Shown piece by piece: positions 40,151 through 55,599 of a stretch of DNA of 64,000 nucleotides. The notes below the pieces were generated by a model. That model was not told the origin of the DNA, made no database searches, and saw nothing but the letters and a program-made list of their open reading frames with translations. The stretch lies in assembly GCF_009914755.1 (NCBI RefSeq), contig NC_060929.1. One strand, given 5' to 3'. Origin of the DNA: the human T2T-CHM13v2.0 reference genome, Homo sapiens. Each line of letters begins with the position of its first letter. Position 1 is the stretch's first letter. A program made the translations under genes and the position numbers.

Positions 40151-42442
40151 CAAATTGTTTCCTATACTGATGTTACAACTTTGTTGTAAGTCATAAGAGT
40201 TATTTCATTGATTTACTGGGTTGAGACAAATCAAAATGAGAATCCAGGATTAATTCATTTTAAACGTATTGCCTGGCCATTATTTCAATTTAAAATAATT
40301 TAATATTAAAAGTTTGACATTTCTAAGTAAGTAAAATTCAGCCTCACTTAAAAATGTTGTCAAGTGGCTATTCCTTAAAATTCTGCCTGAACGACTAAAG
40401 TGTTACGTAAAGGGGATATGAGTTGTTTAAACAAGGGCTGAGAAAATATACGTATATTTATTAGACTACATATCTCTTACAACACATTTCTAATATTTCT
40501 ATACATTTTTATTTAAAGAATAAATTAAAAATACTGCTCATGGTTTGAGGACAGAATAAGACCAAGCTAGCTATGCTAAAAAAACCCATAAATTCCATGT
40601 TAGTGGATTCCAGCTGGATAAACTGCGGGGTGTCTTGATTCACCAGTTTCCAAGCTTGATAAAGTGACATTGAAAAGGAGTTGGCATTAGCCTGTTTGTG
40701 TCCACCTAAATAGTACATTTGACATCCCACAGATACTTTTATTTAAGCTGGATTAAATCAGAATTCCAGTGGAAGCAGTAATGCCAGAAAATTGTGTGAA
40801 TGACTATGTATAGGATTGAGCTTTTTCTTAGAAAAATGAAGTTTTTTCATTGTCAGATATCTTGAGAACATGTCAGTCATGTGGCAGAAAAATGAAAACT
40901 CAGGAGGAAAGCTTCATGTTGTAGTGAGATAAAACTTCCTCCTCTCTATGGATATGAGCCAAATTATGCTCCAAAACGTGGAGATTCCTAGAGTATTTCC
41001 CATGGCAGGAGTGGGGGTTGAGCTTCTCCTGGGGATGTGGAGACAGCGTGGAGCAATGTAGATAAACAGCCCAGGCAGAGATCCTGGGGAGAAGCTGAAA
41101 CTTCATCTATGTGTTAAGCTTCCTTGACATTATCTCAAGCTTTAAGTTAATTATTATAAGAAAGAAGAGCCTGGACTCTTCCACAATGTAGTGGATGGAA
41201 ACAAAGGGCTTCCCCCATGCTTGGGTTGAAGTAGGAAAGTGGAAAAGGGGGGATTTTTCACTGAGTTTATGAAGGTGGGTAGTGGGATGGTCACTAAATG
41301 CTGCAGATCTTCATGTGGAACTTTGCAACAGCAGCAACAGTTTGGGAGTAGAACCAGGATATCACAGTGAATGACCTGCTCCTGAGGACAAGTAAGTATC
41401 AACCCGGGACCTCTCAGAAATAGTATACACTTACAGGGAGATGAATTTTAGCCTTTAAGCAAATGAGAGCTGGTGGTATGAAAATGTGTATTTCATGAGA
41501 TTTTTCTGCACTGGACTTTTCCCCATACTGACTTACTTTTTATGTAAAGCAAAGTCTGGGCTAGAGTTTACCAGTCTCATTTCTGAGTTTCCTGTAAGCC
41601 CCATCTTCTCTACAGAATCTTCACACTGCATCTTCCTAGTCTACACCTGCTATTTCTTTCATTTCCGCAGTTCATAACAGCTCTGCAAGTGTGAGAGGCA
41701 TCTTAACACACTGGTAAGTGGCAGAAATTCCAAGGTTGGGAATGGGGAGGAGGGAAGAAAAAATGAAGAAAGGGAGGGAGGAGATAATCACATAGATTAG
41801 CCTCACTTACTAAAAATAAGATGTGTGATACTCTGAAAAGTAGAGAATTTAACTGCAGAATCCAAATTTCTAAATGGAATGTGTCTCTCTAGGACATGAG
41901 ATTTTGCAAAAGAAATGAATAACAAATATCAAAGATTTCAGACTCCATGGGCCCATTTTACATTAAATCCACACTATATAGAAAAATTTATCATCTATCC
42001 TGACATGAATGGACAAGCATGATAATCTATTTTAATTCAAAAAGCAAGTACTTAAGCTTTTAGTAAGAAATGCATCGTGGTTCTGCCCTTTGTCCCTCAC
42101 CTGCCACTTTCTGAAGAAGCTCTACCCTAGTGTTGAGTGTTGTGTTAAACTGTTACACACTGAAGTGTGATGCTGCATGAATTATATTGAGTGGTAGGGT
42201 AAGAACAGAGCTACACTTTTGTTGCTTGGGGTGGTGGGATGCTATTTCTTTAAGTCATTACATTACAAAGGACTTTATAATGTATTTACACATATATTAC
42301 ACACTTTGTAATATATGTAATATATTTACATGGATTCTACATAAAATTAAATTTAAGGAAAAGGCAAATTCAGTGGGCATGTGAATAACACAACCATAGT
42401 TAGGGGTTTTTGCTTCCAAATGAATTGAATATTTCCACTCTT

Positions 42443-44596
<2,154 letters not shown>

Positions 44597-45087
44597 GAAT
44601 ATTTCCACTCTTAAGTGAGAAACTGTTGTGTTCATAGTCACCTCCCCCTTTAGAGTAGTGGTCTCTGGTGGATCTCAGCGTGAGCTAAAAAACACAAAGG
44701 CACAACAAGTTTTTGGGAATTTGGACAAGTGTTTTGTTATCATGAAGTCAGTTTGTACAGAAGTAAGCATGGCGCTCTCAAGTTTATCTTAGAGGGATAT
44801 ATTTAACCCAGGTTTATAAGAATCTTCCAGAAAGTACTTCACCACAGGAAATAGCAGGAAGGGGCAATTGTGGATTATGTTTTTTTCTGAGTCACATATA
44901 CCTTAGAATATTTAAGAAAGAAAGCATCTTGAGATGTTTGCCTCTAAGCATCTTACTCTTTTATATCCCAAGTTGTCTAACTTTGGAGCTACGGGGAGAA
45001 TCTGGGTCCCTATCAGAACTATAAAATATTAGAAGCAAAAGAGACATGCAAAATTAGTAGCGGTGTTCCAGAGTAACTGGCTAAACT

Positions 45088-45308
45088 AGTGATTTTAAAA
45101 TATTTTTCAGTGTGATACACTATTAAAATGTATTTTATATCACAACCCGATATACACTTACATATACATATGTATATTTCCCTTTGCTATGTCTGCTGCA
45201 ATCATGTTTCTTTAATTTCTATTCTATTTTGTTTAAAATTGCTTATGATCAATTAAGTTGCTACAGTGTCAACTTGTGTGTCTCAATATACTGTTTGGAG
45301 AACACTTA
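45088..45308. mobile_element. Possible hAT-Charlie MITE remnant
   Basis: TAGTGATTTTAAA start and GTTTGGAGAACACT end resemble Charlie TIRs. Confidence 0.45.
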
Positions 45309-46795
45309 GGTTTACTAATGAAAAATAAAAACAGTAGGTTATTTCATATATGTGGGTGTGTATGAAATATAAAAGTGCTCTGCCTTGCCTGCACGATGTA
45401 TACTACTTTAATATTAAACTTCTATAGGCATCTTAGAATAATGACAGGTGACTTCAACCAGTTTCTCTGATAACAAGCCCTGAGCTTGGTCACAAAGATT
45501 GCAAGGAGAAAAGCTTACCCTTCAAGAAAGGGTGGCTGAAGAGTGATTGGAAAGGACATTTTAAAAAAACAAAATGAAAACAAAACAAAACAAAAAATCC
45601 TGTACCTATGGAATTAATGGGAGTTTCCTAGAGAAATGGAGGGGAAACTTAACCTGCACATATTAACCAAGGTCAGGAAGGTCAGGGAGTCCTGGATAGT
45701 GAAGAGACTATGCATTGTAACAAGCCAGCTCTAAGGATGGGAAAAGGAAATAAGATAGAGAAAGAGAAGAAAAAATACCCTCTTTCAAGGAGTTTTAGTG
45801 GTGAAGAGCTACAAATGAAATGAATAAACAAACTACGTTACTAAGAAGGAAGAGATGAGTTCAGATGAGTAGACAGGAAGCATAGTTAGATGAGGCTTTG
45901 TAAGGAATAGTAAAAGAAAAAAATGAGGTTTTCCTCTTATTGAAGAAAAAAGTAAGTGAAAATGTACTTTTAACTAAGTTAAGACAAGTATTCTCTGAGA
46001 TAAGTAAGTTTTAAAATAATGGTTTCGCTTTTTTCTTTCTTTTTTTTTTCTGATTGAGAGACTACTGCATAGTTCCTGAGAAAGTAATATACAAGATATT
46101 TTGGGCTCCATAACTAAAAATTAACAGTGGCAAATTCAAATGTGTTCAGGTTAGAGAATCTGAAATAGTGAAAACTCTAGAATGAATACTCTATTAAGAA
46201 CACCAAAGGATCTAGATGCACTCACGTTAAAGAAATCAATGCTCCAGGGAGAAGAAGTTTCTCTCCGCAGGTAAAAAGTTTTTGTATAGAAAAGGCCAAC
46301 ACATTTTTGTGGTTTGAAACAGGCACATACAAATCAAAGAAGGACATCATACTTCGTGGTGATGGGAATCGAAGATTGTTGATACCATCTCAAACCCTGG
46401 GACTCTGACTCTAAGTTTTGGTGAAGAAAACTTGGAAGATTCAAGACCAATATAAATTTTGCCTTTCTCATGAAATTATCTCCTTAAGGTTTGCTCTGTT
46501 AAGGGAGACAAAAACATCCAGGATGTCTTAGAACGATAATCCATTTATACAGGAATTTTCAAAGAAATTTCAGCTTTCTTGCCAACACAGATGGATTGGT
46601 ACTGGCCTCCTGTGCTATACTGACATATTTTATAAGGCTTGCTTGCAATGTCAGTCATGAGTATAGTAAAAGGAAGAAAAGTTCTTTAAACTTGATTTTT
46701 TTTTTTTTTGGTCCCTTCTCTAGCTCCTAATTTTGAGGCATTAGAAGCAATGCATTTATCTTCTAAAGCAAAAATGACAGAAATAAAACACACTT

Positions 46796-47064
46796 CCCTT
46801 CCTGTGACCAATTGTTCTCATTGTTCAATTCCCACCTATGAGTGAGAACATGCGGTGGTTGGTTTTTTTGTCCTTGCGGGGCCTGTTGTGGGGTGGGGGA
46901 AGCCAGGAGGGAAAGCATTAGGAGATATACCTAATGTAAATGACGAGTTAATGGGTGCAGCACACCAACATGGCACATGTATACATATGTAACAAACCTG
47001 CACCTTGTGCACATGTACCCTAGAACTTAAAGTATAATAAAAAATATATATTAAAAAAATAAAA
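46796..47064 (+). mobile_element. Very short L1PA 3' end with 5' inversion (inverted 46796-46877, forward 46878-47064)
   Basis: Perfect 17-bp TSD AGAAATAAAACACACTT at 46779-46795 and 47065-47081. Confidence 0.95.
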
Positions 47065-47429
47065 AGAAATAAAACACACTTTACTATTTAATTAGATTTT
47101 TCATAGTATTTCATAGCTACTCAAACAAAGGATGTCAAAAATTTTGAAAGTCTAAATTTGGACTTAACCGATGAATCAACAAGAAAAGAGCTTTAATTCG
47201 GGCGGCCTAAGCCTGAGCTTGACTACAAACCATACATTGATGCTGGGCTCATTGTTGAATACTCTGGTTTACTACAACCACTGTAAAGTTATTTTTATTT
47301 TCATGTTATTGATCACCCAAAATGATGGGTTTTAGTAACTAAAAATAATAGAAAAGGGTAATGAACCTTAAAGAAGTATTTTAAATTTACCTCCTGTTGT
47401 TTTTTAAGCCAGGGCAGCTTCCTCTTTCT

Positions 47430-47745
47430 TAGCTTTATTGAGGTATAATTGATAAGTAAAATTTTATATATTCAAAGTATACAGTGTGATGTTTTTATAC
47501 GGGTATACACTGCAAAATGATTGCCACAATCAAGCTAATTAACGTATCTATCAACTCACATAGTTACCTTTTTTTGTGATGAGAATACTTAAAGTCTTTT
47601 CATTTGGCAAACTTCAAGTATATAAAACACTTTTATTAAGTAGAGTCACCATGCAATACATTAGGTCTCCAGAATTTATCCATCTTATAAATGCAAGTTT
47701 GTACCCCTTGACCAGCATCACCATATTTTCCATGTCTCCGGCCCC
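47430..47745 (-). mobile_element. L1MA (MA8-10-like) 3' end
   Basis: AGCTTTATTGAGGTATAATTGA, CAATCAAGCTAATTAAC, CATTAGGTCTCCAGAA. Confidence 0.85.
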
Positions 47746-48771
47746 TGGAGCCTCTCTCTTAATGCCTAAGATACAGTATTGTGCTAAGTTAGATTTCTTT
47801 GCAAATCCCATGAGTTGTTCCAGATTTTTAGTAATTTAAATAGTAGCCTAGATATAATCCATTTGTTTGCCAAATAGTTCATACTAAGATCTGAGAAACA
47901 CAAAAGGAAAGCTGCATTCGGAGTATTCTCATAAATACAGTTGAGTATTTTGGGGGTAGCCTTGAGGACAGAAACCTGCCCTCTGCCTGGTATAAATTAT
48001 AATTAACTAGTAGAAAAGAAATTGTTTTTTTTTTTTAATTTGAAAATGATAGACTAATAAACACATGATGCCTATAATTGTAAATAGTTTTTCTTTTTTT
48101 AAAAAGTGTGATTTCAAGTAAAGTTGATTAATAATGGACTCTTAAATCATATGCCTTTTATTTAGGTTGATCTTGAGAGAGGCTCATTTGCGACATAACT
48201 CTTTTAGGCAGGGTAAAGATGCAAATTTTCCAAGTGCGTACTATGTACTATTATTAGGAGGATGCCTGAATATACTTTTAAAAGAGACTTTTAGTTAATA
48301 AGTAACCTCTAAGTTAAGAGACCCAGTTAGTAAATTTCTGATTAATTATAGTAAAATGTATAGGAATCATGAATTATTGAATTTTCTCTGAACATTCATA
48401 TTTTAAGAAACTAAAACACCATGTGAGAAAATACTATTGTAATATGTTTGTAATTAGCTTAGTTTTATATCCAGGTGGCAAATTCCATGAGGGCACAAAC
48501 CTGTTTGTCATGTTCATCATTTAATCTTTTGGGTCTAGGAAAGAACATAATAGATTTTAAAAAGTTACCTGTAGAGTAAGTGGATGAATGGACCTGATAG
48601 AACGTAAAGCAAAGAAATAACCAAAAGAAACGATTCCTATGTTGGCAATACCCAAACATCTTCTAGAGCCCAGGCAATACCAGCCAATAGTCTTTAATTT
48701 TAAGTTTATTGAAAATGAAACACTAGCAAATTCTTAATTTTTAAAGATAGTGTTAACTATAGCATCCCTAG

Positions 48772-49123
<352 letters not shown>

Positions 49124-49169
49124 TAAGCATAAATTAATAGATATATTTCTAATGGATCAAAGGAACGGT

Positions 49170-49360
49170 TTAAGCTCTCTGATTTTGAATTAGTCATATC
49201 CAGCTTCAAATACTCACTCATTTATCTCTGTAAAATACCCACTTTTGTAGTCTTGGTCAAATTACATAATCTCTGTAACCTCCATTCTCTCATATGTAAA
49301 ATGGAAATAAGAGTATTTACCTCATAGAATAGTTGAGAATGTAAAATAAAGCTGTTATGC
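49170..49360 (+). mobile_element. MIR
   Basis: Core AATCTCTGTAACCTCCATTCTCTCATATGTAAAATGGAAATAA...TACCTCATAG. Confidence 0.75.
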
Positions 49361-50230
49361 TATACACACACACACACACACACACAGTGATAAGTAAATG
49401 GATGTTGATAAACAATAGGTAGTAGCTGTGATTCATGTGATAAGAAAATTCAATTTACTAACAGATTGTATAACCAGGTTTATTTTAAAAATTAAATATT
49501 TTTTCCTATACTGATACGTAGTTTTTAAGAACTTGTTTTTTTTTTAAAAAAAAAAAGTAAGTGGATTTTCTAGTGAATTGAATTATGTGGAATTTTTTAA
49601 ATACAGACTTTCCTAATTTAGCCACAAAAAATTTACGCATATATAAAAAGGGGTCTGGTGTCCACAGGAAATTGAATTTGAAATATTAGATGCTATAAAG
49701 GATATAAAATTATTTAGAAACTGATTTATTATATCTGAAATTATGACGTCAATTGGAAAATATAAATCACAATAGACACGTTTTTGGGAACATGAATAAC
49801 TACTGTAGGGTAAGAGACCTTAAGGTTTTTTGAGTCGATACAGCCTTAGTTTCCTTACTTTTAAGTGAAGATAACAATAATTGTGGGCTCTTCCTCTTTC
49901 TCTCTCTTTCTTCCCCACTCAGTGAATAGACATGTACACATAAAAAAGCAGATATAAATGGAGTTTGACATGGCAATTAGTACAGTCCTTGGCACATTAC
50001 TGACAATGACAATAATGAGTTTGATAATAATGCTCATCATAAATATGTTTAGCCAATTAACACTAAAAAAAGTATCAGAGTCCAGAAAAAACACTGTTGT
50101 AAATACAGTAAGGAAGCAACCACTGCATTGAGAAATACCCTTGATTATATTAATTTACCTTCAGAGGCTCATTTTAACTTTAAGATTACAAGATTAGTTT
50201 CTCTGCAAAATTAAACTGAAAAATATGACA

Positions 50231-50287
50231 GCCTGCCTTGGCTTCTCAAAGTGCTGAGATTACAGGCATGAGCCACCATGCCCGGCC
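50231..50287 (-). mobile_element. Isolated 5' ~57 bp of an Alu left arm
   Basis: GCCTTGGCTTCTCAAAGTGCTGAGATTACAGGCATGAGCCACCATGCCCGGCC; rest of element and tail absent. Confidence 0.92.
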
Positions 50288-50289
50288 TC

Positions 50290-52050
50290 TAGTTTGATTT
50301 CTTAATGTAAATGAACACATAAGAAATGGAGCTTATTCTGTAGCAAGTTTCCTGAAAGTGGAAGTCTGAGGTAATAAAACCTGAAGAAGCACTTTGCCTT
50401 TTCCTATCCTGAGAAATACATTAGATATTGTGAATCATTTTTGGAGAGATGGAGTCTCAGTCTGGAATTTGCTGGTAATGTACAAACACCTGGGTTTTTT
50501 CCAATTGAAAAGCTTTGGCTTGAATTACACTTCACGGTTTATTGCCTTGTCACGGTGGTACCCATGACAGGTGGGACCTTAGCAGACTTAGGTGTGTGAA
50601 TTAATTTAGTTTGTGGCTTTGAGCAGAGGAAGAAAATTGAAGCACACCTCCAATAACTGATGACATCCATTACGTGTCTGCTGACATTTTGAGACTGATG
50701 CCGGGCATGGGGAATTACAATGATACCATTTTCTTTCATCATTCAACAACAAAAAATACCTACTGACTTCCCTTAGCGCAACAAACTTTTGTTTTCCTCT
50801 ATAATATGCATGCTAACAGCATCAAAAATTCCATTTTTATGAACTCCTTTGGAAAATTGCAAAGGCAATTGAGGCTTTTGAAGTGATGAAGAGTTTCTTT
50901 GCCAAGCAAAGTTTTGACTGTAAGAAAAGTGTATGCCATCTGTGATCTTGGCAACAAATTTAGTTTGCTACTCTTAGACAAGAAACTCTTCTGTCATTGT
51001 AACCTGTGGGTATCAATGGATATATGGATATAAAGGATACTGCCAGCAATCCTCAAATCTTTCTTTTCCACTGACTTAAAAGTCGCCAATTAAAGTTTTG
51101 GCATATATATGTATGTGTGTGTATATATATATATATACACACACACTTATATGTATGTGTGTATATATACACATATATGTATGTATGTATATATACACAT
51201 ATGTATGTGTGTGTATATATATACATATATGTATGTGTGTGTATATATATGTATGTGTATATATATGTATGTAGATATATATGCAAATACATTGCCATAT
51301 ATTATGTATGGTAAATATATATGTATATACATAAAATATGGAAGAGCTATGGCTTCATAGCAATAGATCTTAGGGAATTTGAATGAAATTCAGTCATCAG
51401 CTTCACTTTTTTGAGAAGAAAAATGTCCAGATTGCAAAATAGTTTGACAGTAAGAAATTCATCAATTACTCGGATTGTTTAGTAAATAACTTGAGCCATA
51501 AAAATAAAATAAATTTTATTGTATGATGCAAGGTCATCCAATCAGTCACCTCAAGTGCTACCTAAGCAGGTGGCTACCTCACCTATCTGTCATTTAACAA
51601 TGGAGTATTGATGCCAACTAATAATGGATTTTCCTGTGTTGTAGGAGGTGCTTCTTAGTAGCAAACGCAGCTGATTTCTCTGCAGTTAAAAACAAGCACA
51701 TTAGAGTAGTGTTAAACTTATCTGAAGGTTAATTATTCTTAGGTGACTTGAAAGTGTGATTTCTCTTCCTTTACTACATCTCAGAGTATTAATGACTTGA
51801 AACTTGCTAATCTGGTAAGAAAATGAAATACTCCAGTTCAAATTCCCTCAATAAGTCCTGTAGAATCTTGTTATTCATTAATGCATGAATATCAGTGTCA
51901 AGCAACAAAACTTTTGACAATTTTTATTTTGTTTGCTAACCTTGTGAACTATGATATTATTACTGTTGTCATCAAAATAGAGAAGTTCAAATCAAATAGA
52001 TGTAAAAAAGGAAATACATTAATTATTTCCAGGGGAACATACTCCTCAAA
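50290..52050 (+). mobile_element. Fossil hAT-Charlie/Buster transposase coding region (many stops and frameshifts)
   Basis: Manual translation gives colinear Buster-like blocks: NLKKHFAFSYPE, PGFFPIEKLWLE, NLVCGFEQRKKIEA, FYELLWKIAKAIEAFEVMKSFFAKQSFD, LGNKFS, EELWL, FDSKKFI, HEYQCQATKLLTIFILFA. Confidence 0.75.
51103..51332. repeat. Compound (TA)/(TG)/(CA) microsatellite with ~30-bp higher-order periodicity
   Basis: Recurrent TATGTATGTGTGTGTATATATATACAC unit. Confidence 0.92.
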
Positions 52051-52389
52051 ATTTAACTTCATCTTTAAAGCAAACAATATTGACTTATCAAAAAATATGC
52101 ATACTTTCTAGCAGAATTGAGGCTTTATTTTCATTTTGCTTTCCCCTTTTAGGTTTACAAATATAAGACAAGTAGAAGTCCTGACTTTTAATAAGAAACA
52201 TTTCATTCCATGTGAAGGAAATTAATTTCCAGCTTGATAAAATAAATTGCACATGTATGTTTGCTGTGTTTAGAAAACTTTTGTTTTATTCTTTACCAAA
52301 TTAACTATTTTATGTACATTTTAAATAAATCATTCATTTCTGAAGAAAGTGTTTTCTAACTGTCTTTATAAAGGCAAATTTGCCTATTC

Positions 52390-52930
52390 TACATTCTCAC
52401 ATGACCACATACCAGCCCCCTTATAGCAGTTATCATATGTGCTAGTTTACATACTTGTGATTTCATTAAGCTAACATCTCTTCCATTGGCCTACAGCTTC
52501 CAGGAGAGCAGGAGCACTGCATGTTTTTTCAAAAAAATTATTTTATTTCATTTTATTTTTTATTGAGACAAGGTCTTACTCTGTTACCCAGGCTGGAGTG
52601 CAGTGGGGTGATCACAGCTCACTGCAACCCAAAACTCCCTGACTCAAGCAGTCTTCCCACCTCAATCCCCTGTGTAGTTGGGACTGTAGGTATGTGTCAC
52701 TGTGCCTGGCTAATTTTTTTTTTTAGTAGAGAGAAAGTCTCACTATATTGTTCAGGCTGGTCTTGAACTCCTGGGCTCAAGTTATCCTGCCGCCTTGGCC
52801 TCCCAAAGTGTTGAGATTACAGGACTGAGCCACTATGCCCACCCTGTCTTTCTTTACCATTGTCTTCCCAGCCCCTAGAGAGGGCCTGCACATGATAGGA
52901 AGTTGTTAAATATTTGTTAGACAGTGAAGA
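52390..52930 (+). mobile_element. L2 3' end split by AluJ
   Basis: CTTCCAGGAGAGCAGG...TCCCAGCCCCTAG...TAAATATTTGTT. Confidence 0.6.
52538..52843 (-). mobile_element. AluJ
   Basis: GTGATCACAGCTCACTGCA, GAACTCCTGGGCTCAAG; diverged dimer. Confidence 0.92.
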
Positions 52931-55153
52931 CTTACCAAATTGAAAGATCCTTAAACCCGAGGGAAGAGAGCCATAGTTTTGTGGTGAAGAAGACCTCGTA
53001 GCTGCTAGACAATTGATTTGCTCTGGTTCTAGAGATTTTTAGAAAAAGAAAAAGAGAGGTAGAGAAACAATCAGGGGAACTGCAGATCGTTTTTGGACTA
53101 GATAATTTTGTTAAGCCCTTCAAATAAGATCCCTTAAAATATTCTTATACTATTTGTATTATTTATTGTTTTACTGTTTTATATATACACACAAATTTAT
53201 ATATAATAGATATGATATATACATTTCATTGTTCTACATAAATTTAAAGATACACATTGTCTTCAGTGCATCATTATTTTTACATGTATATTCCAAGCAC
53301 TCTATGAAATAATTACATGATTAACCTGAAGTGTTCATGCCTGTGACCTGCTCTTCACATGTTTCCATTTCGGTGACTCCTAAGAGACATGTCAGTTTTC
53401 CGGGTATTTACCAGGGGTCACCAAAGTTAGAAAGTGTTTCTCCAGTCAATAGCAAAATGTTCATCTTTTCTCTAAGGTATGAAGAGTAAAAACTTGTTAT
53501 CTGAGCTTGTTGGCATGAACAGATTTTTCTAAGATATAAACAAATACTGTGCAACAATTTTTTTTTAAATTTTTGCTTAAACTAAAAGTATGAAACCACT
53601 AATAAATAAAATGCCAATCTGGGAGACATCACTATCAACTAATTACTTTGATAATTTGGCTCATAAATACATGATTTTTATCATATTACAAATAATAAAT
53701 AATTTTGTCAGCTATGCTTTCACAGTAAGTTCAAGATGTTCATTTGTTGGGGGAACTGTAATGAATCAGATAGGACCTGGAAACATACCACAATGTGCAA
53801 TAGCACCCTGCACCTTGCATAAGAGACTACGCAACCTGTTTAATCTGAATGTTAAAGTAACTGCCACCTTCATAAACACCCACTTCACCCTGATTTGATT
53901 TAAACACAGCTCTTATTAAGAGCAATCTCAGATCATTGCTAACTCTTACAGAGGCTTAACCATGCAAGTGCAGTGCTGAGATGAAGAATTCAAGTGACAT
54001 TTAAGGTCCACTTAATTCCTAATAACAGAAAATACACCTCAAGAAGAAAGCCTGGAGATATAAGAAGAAATAATTATTTCTCTCTGCTCACAGATCATCA
54101 TAGTCGATTCACTATTACTTTTGATAGTTTCAACAGCATGGAATTCTCAACTTGTGATTCTAGATGATTGTTCTGGTCAAACTGAGTATACATATTAAGT
54201 CTGAGAAGCCATTCAGGCCCCAGGCTCTAACGGCAGAACATATCTTTGATTAGGCATAGCAAAGAGTATGATGGTTTTGAAGAACCCATCTATGCTAGCC
54301 TTACAAGTTCCTATTTTTCATACATTTCCATTTATTTAATAAATTTGCCATTCAAAATCAATATAAAAATGTGATGAAATCTTAAAATCTACATATATTT
54401 GCACATGTATGGATGAATATATAATTCAGTGCATTTTTTTGCATTTACTCTATGAAATACTATCTGGCCTGCTAATCTTAATTTGAAATATATATTGTGA
54501 TTTTACTAAAAATTGTAAGATCTATAGTAGGATTAATAAGAATAATAGTAACAACAACAAGAGGTGTCTTTAATAGGAACTTAGTGTGTTTATTTTAATA
54601 TGTTTTCTAATTTTATTTAATTGCATTGTCATGAAAATAATGTTTATGCTAATAAACATATTATGCATTATTATAATAATAATGCAATAATAATAGTTGC
54701 ATTGTCATGAAAATAAGATGTGTATATATTATTATAATTATTATTCCTTCAAGTAGACCATGTGCTGAAGCCCTAAGATTTCAGAGAATTACATAGTTTA
54801 TTGTACTCATCCAACATGAGCGCTCTTCACCAGTCTTCCATTTTGTGTGCCTATTTTGCACGTCTTTAGATTATTCTGCATTTATTCAATGGGCAGGGAC
54901 AGGAAATGGGTAGAGGACTTTAGAGCAGTATTTTATGGGATAAGACTCAAAGTGGTCACCATAACTTCTATCCATAATCTATTTAGCCAGAAAAGAGTCA
55001 TGTGGCCATTTCTTACTGCAATTATAGAAGGAGAAAAGTGAAACATTTTTTGGTGAACACATGATAGCATCTGCCAGATTCATATTTATTAGTGAACAAA
55101 ATAATAATCAGAGAATCACATCATATTCCCAGATCAAACAAGCAATTGGGACT

Positions 55154-55508
55154 TGTATTAGTCCACTTTCATGCTATTGATAAAGACATACCTGAGACTG
55201 GGTAATTTATACAGGAAAAAGAGTTTATTGGACTAACAGTTCCACATGGCTGAGGAAGCTTCACAATCATGGTGGAAGGCAAGGAGGAGCAAGTCACAGC
55301 TTACGTGGATGGCAGCAGTCAAAAACAGAGAGCTTATGCAGAAAAATTCTGCCTTATGAAGCCATCAAATCTTGTGAAACGTATTCACTATCATGAGAAC
55401 AGCACGGGAAAGACTTGCCCCCAGGATTCAATTACCTCCCATTGGGTCCCTCCCACGACATGTGGAATTCAGGATGAGATTTGTCTGGGACTCAGACGAA
55501 CCATATCA
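55154..55508. mobile_element. THE1 (THE1B-like) solo LTR
   Basis: TGTATTAGTCC...AACCATATCA; perfect 5-bp TSD GGACT at 55149-55153 and 55509-55513. Confidence 0.95.
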
Positions 55509-55599
55509 GGACTCTATGTGTCATTTAAAGTCAGGTGTGGCATTTCTAGCTATGATGAAATAAATAGAGCTAGACATGATGTCCCATAATGGAAAATGA

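Noticed and set aside
51053-51360. Tyr/Ile/His/Cys-rich ORFs and a CRISPR-like ~30-bp periodicity (similar ORFs at 20771-21150 and 56273-56538)
   Set aside because: Compound TA/TG/CA microsatellites with no unique spacers, in a primate genomic context.
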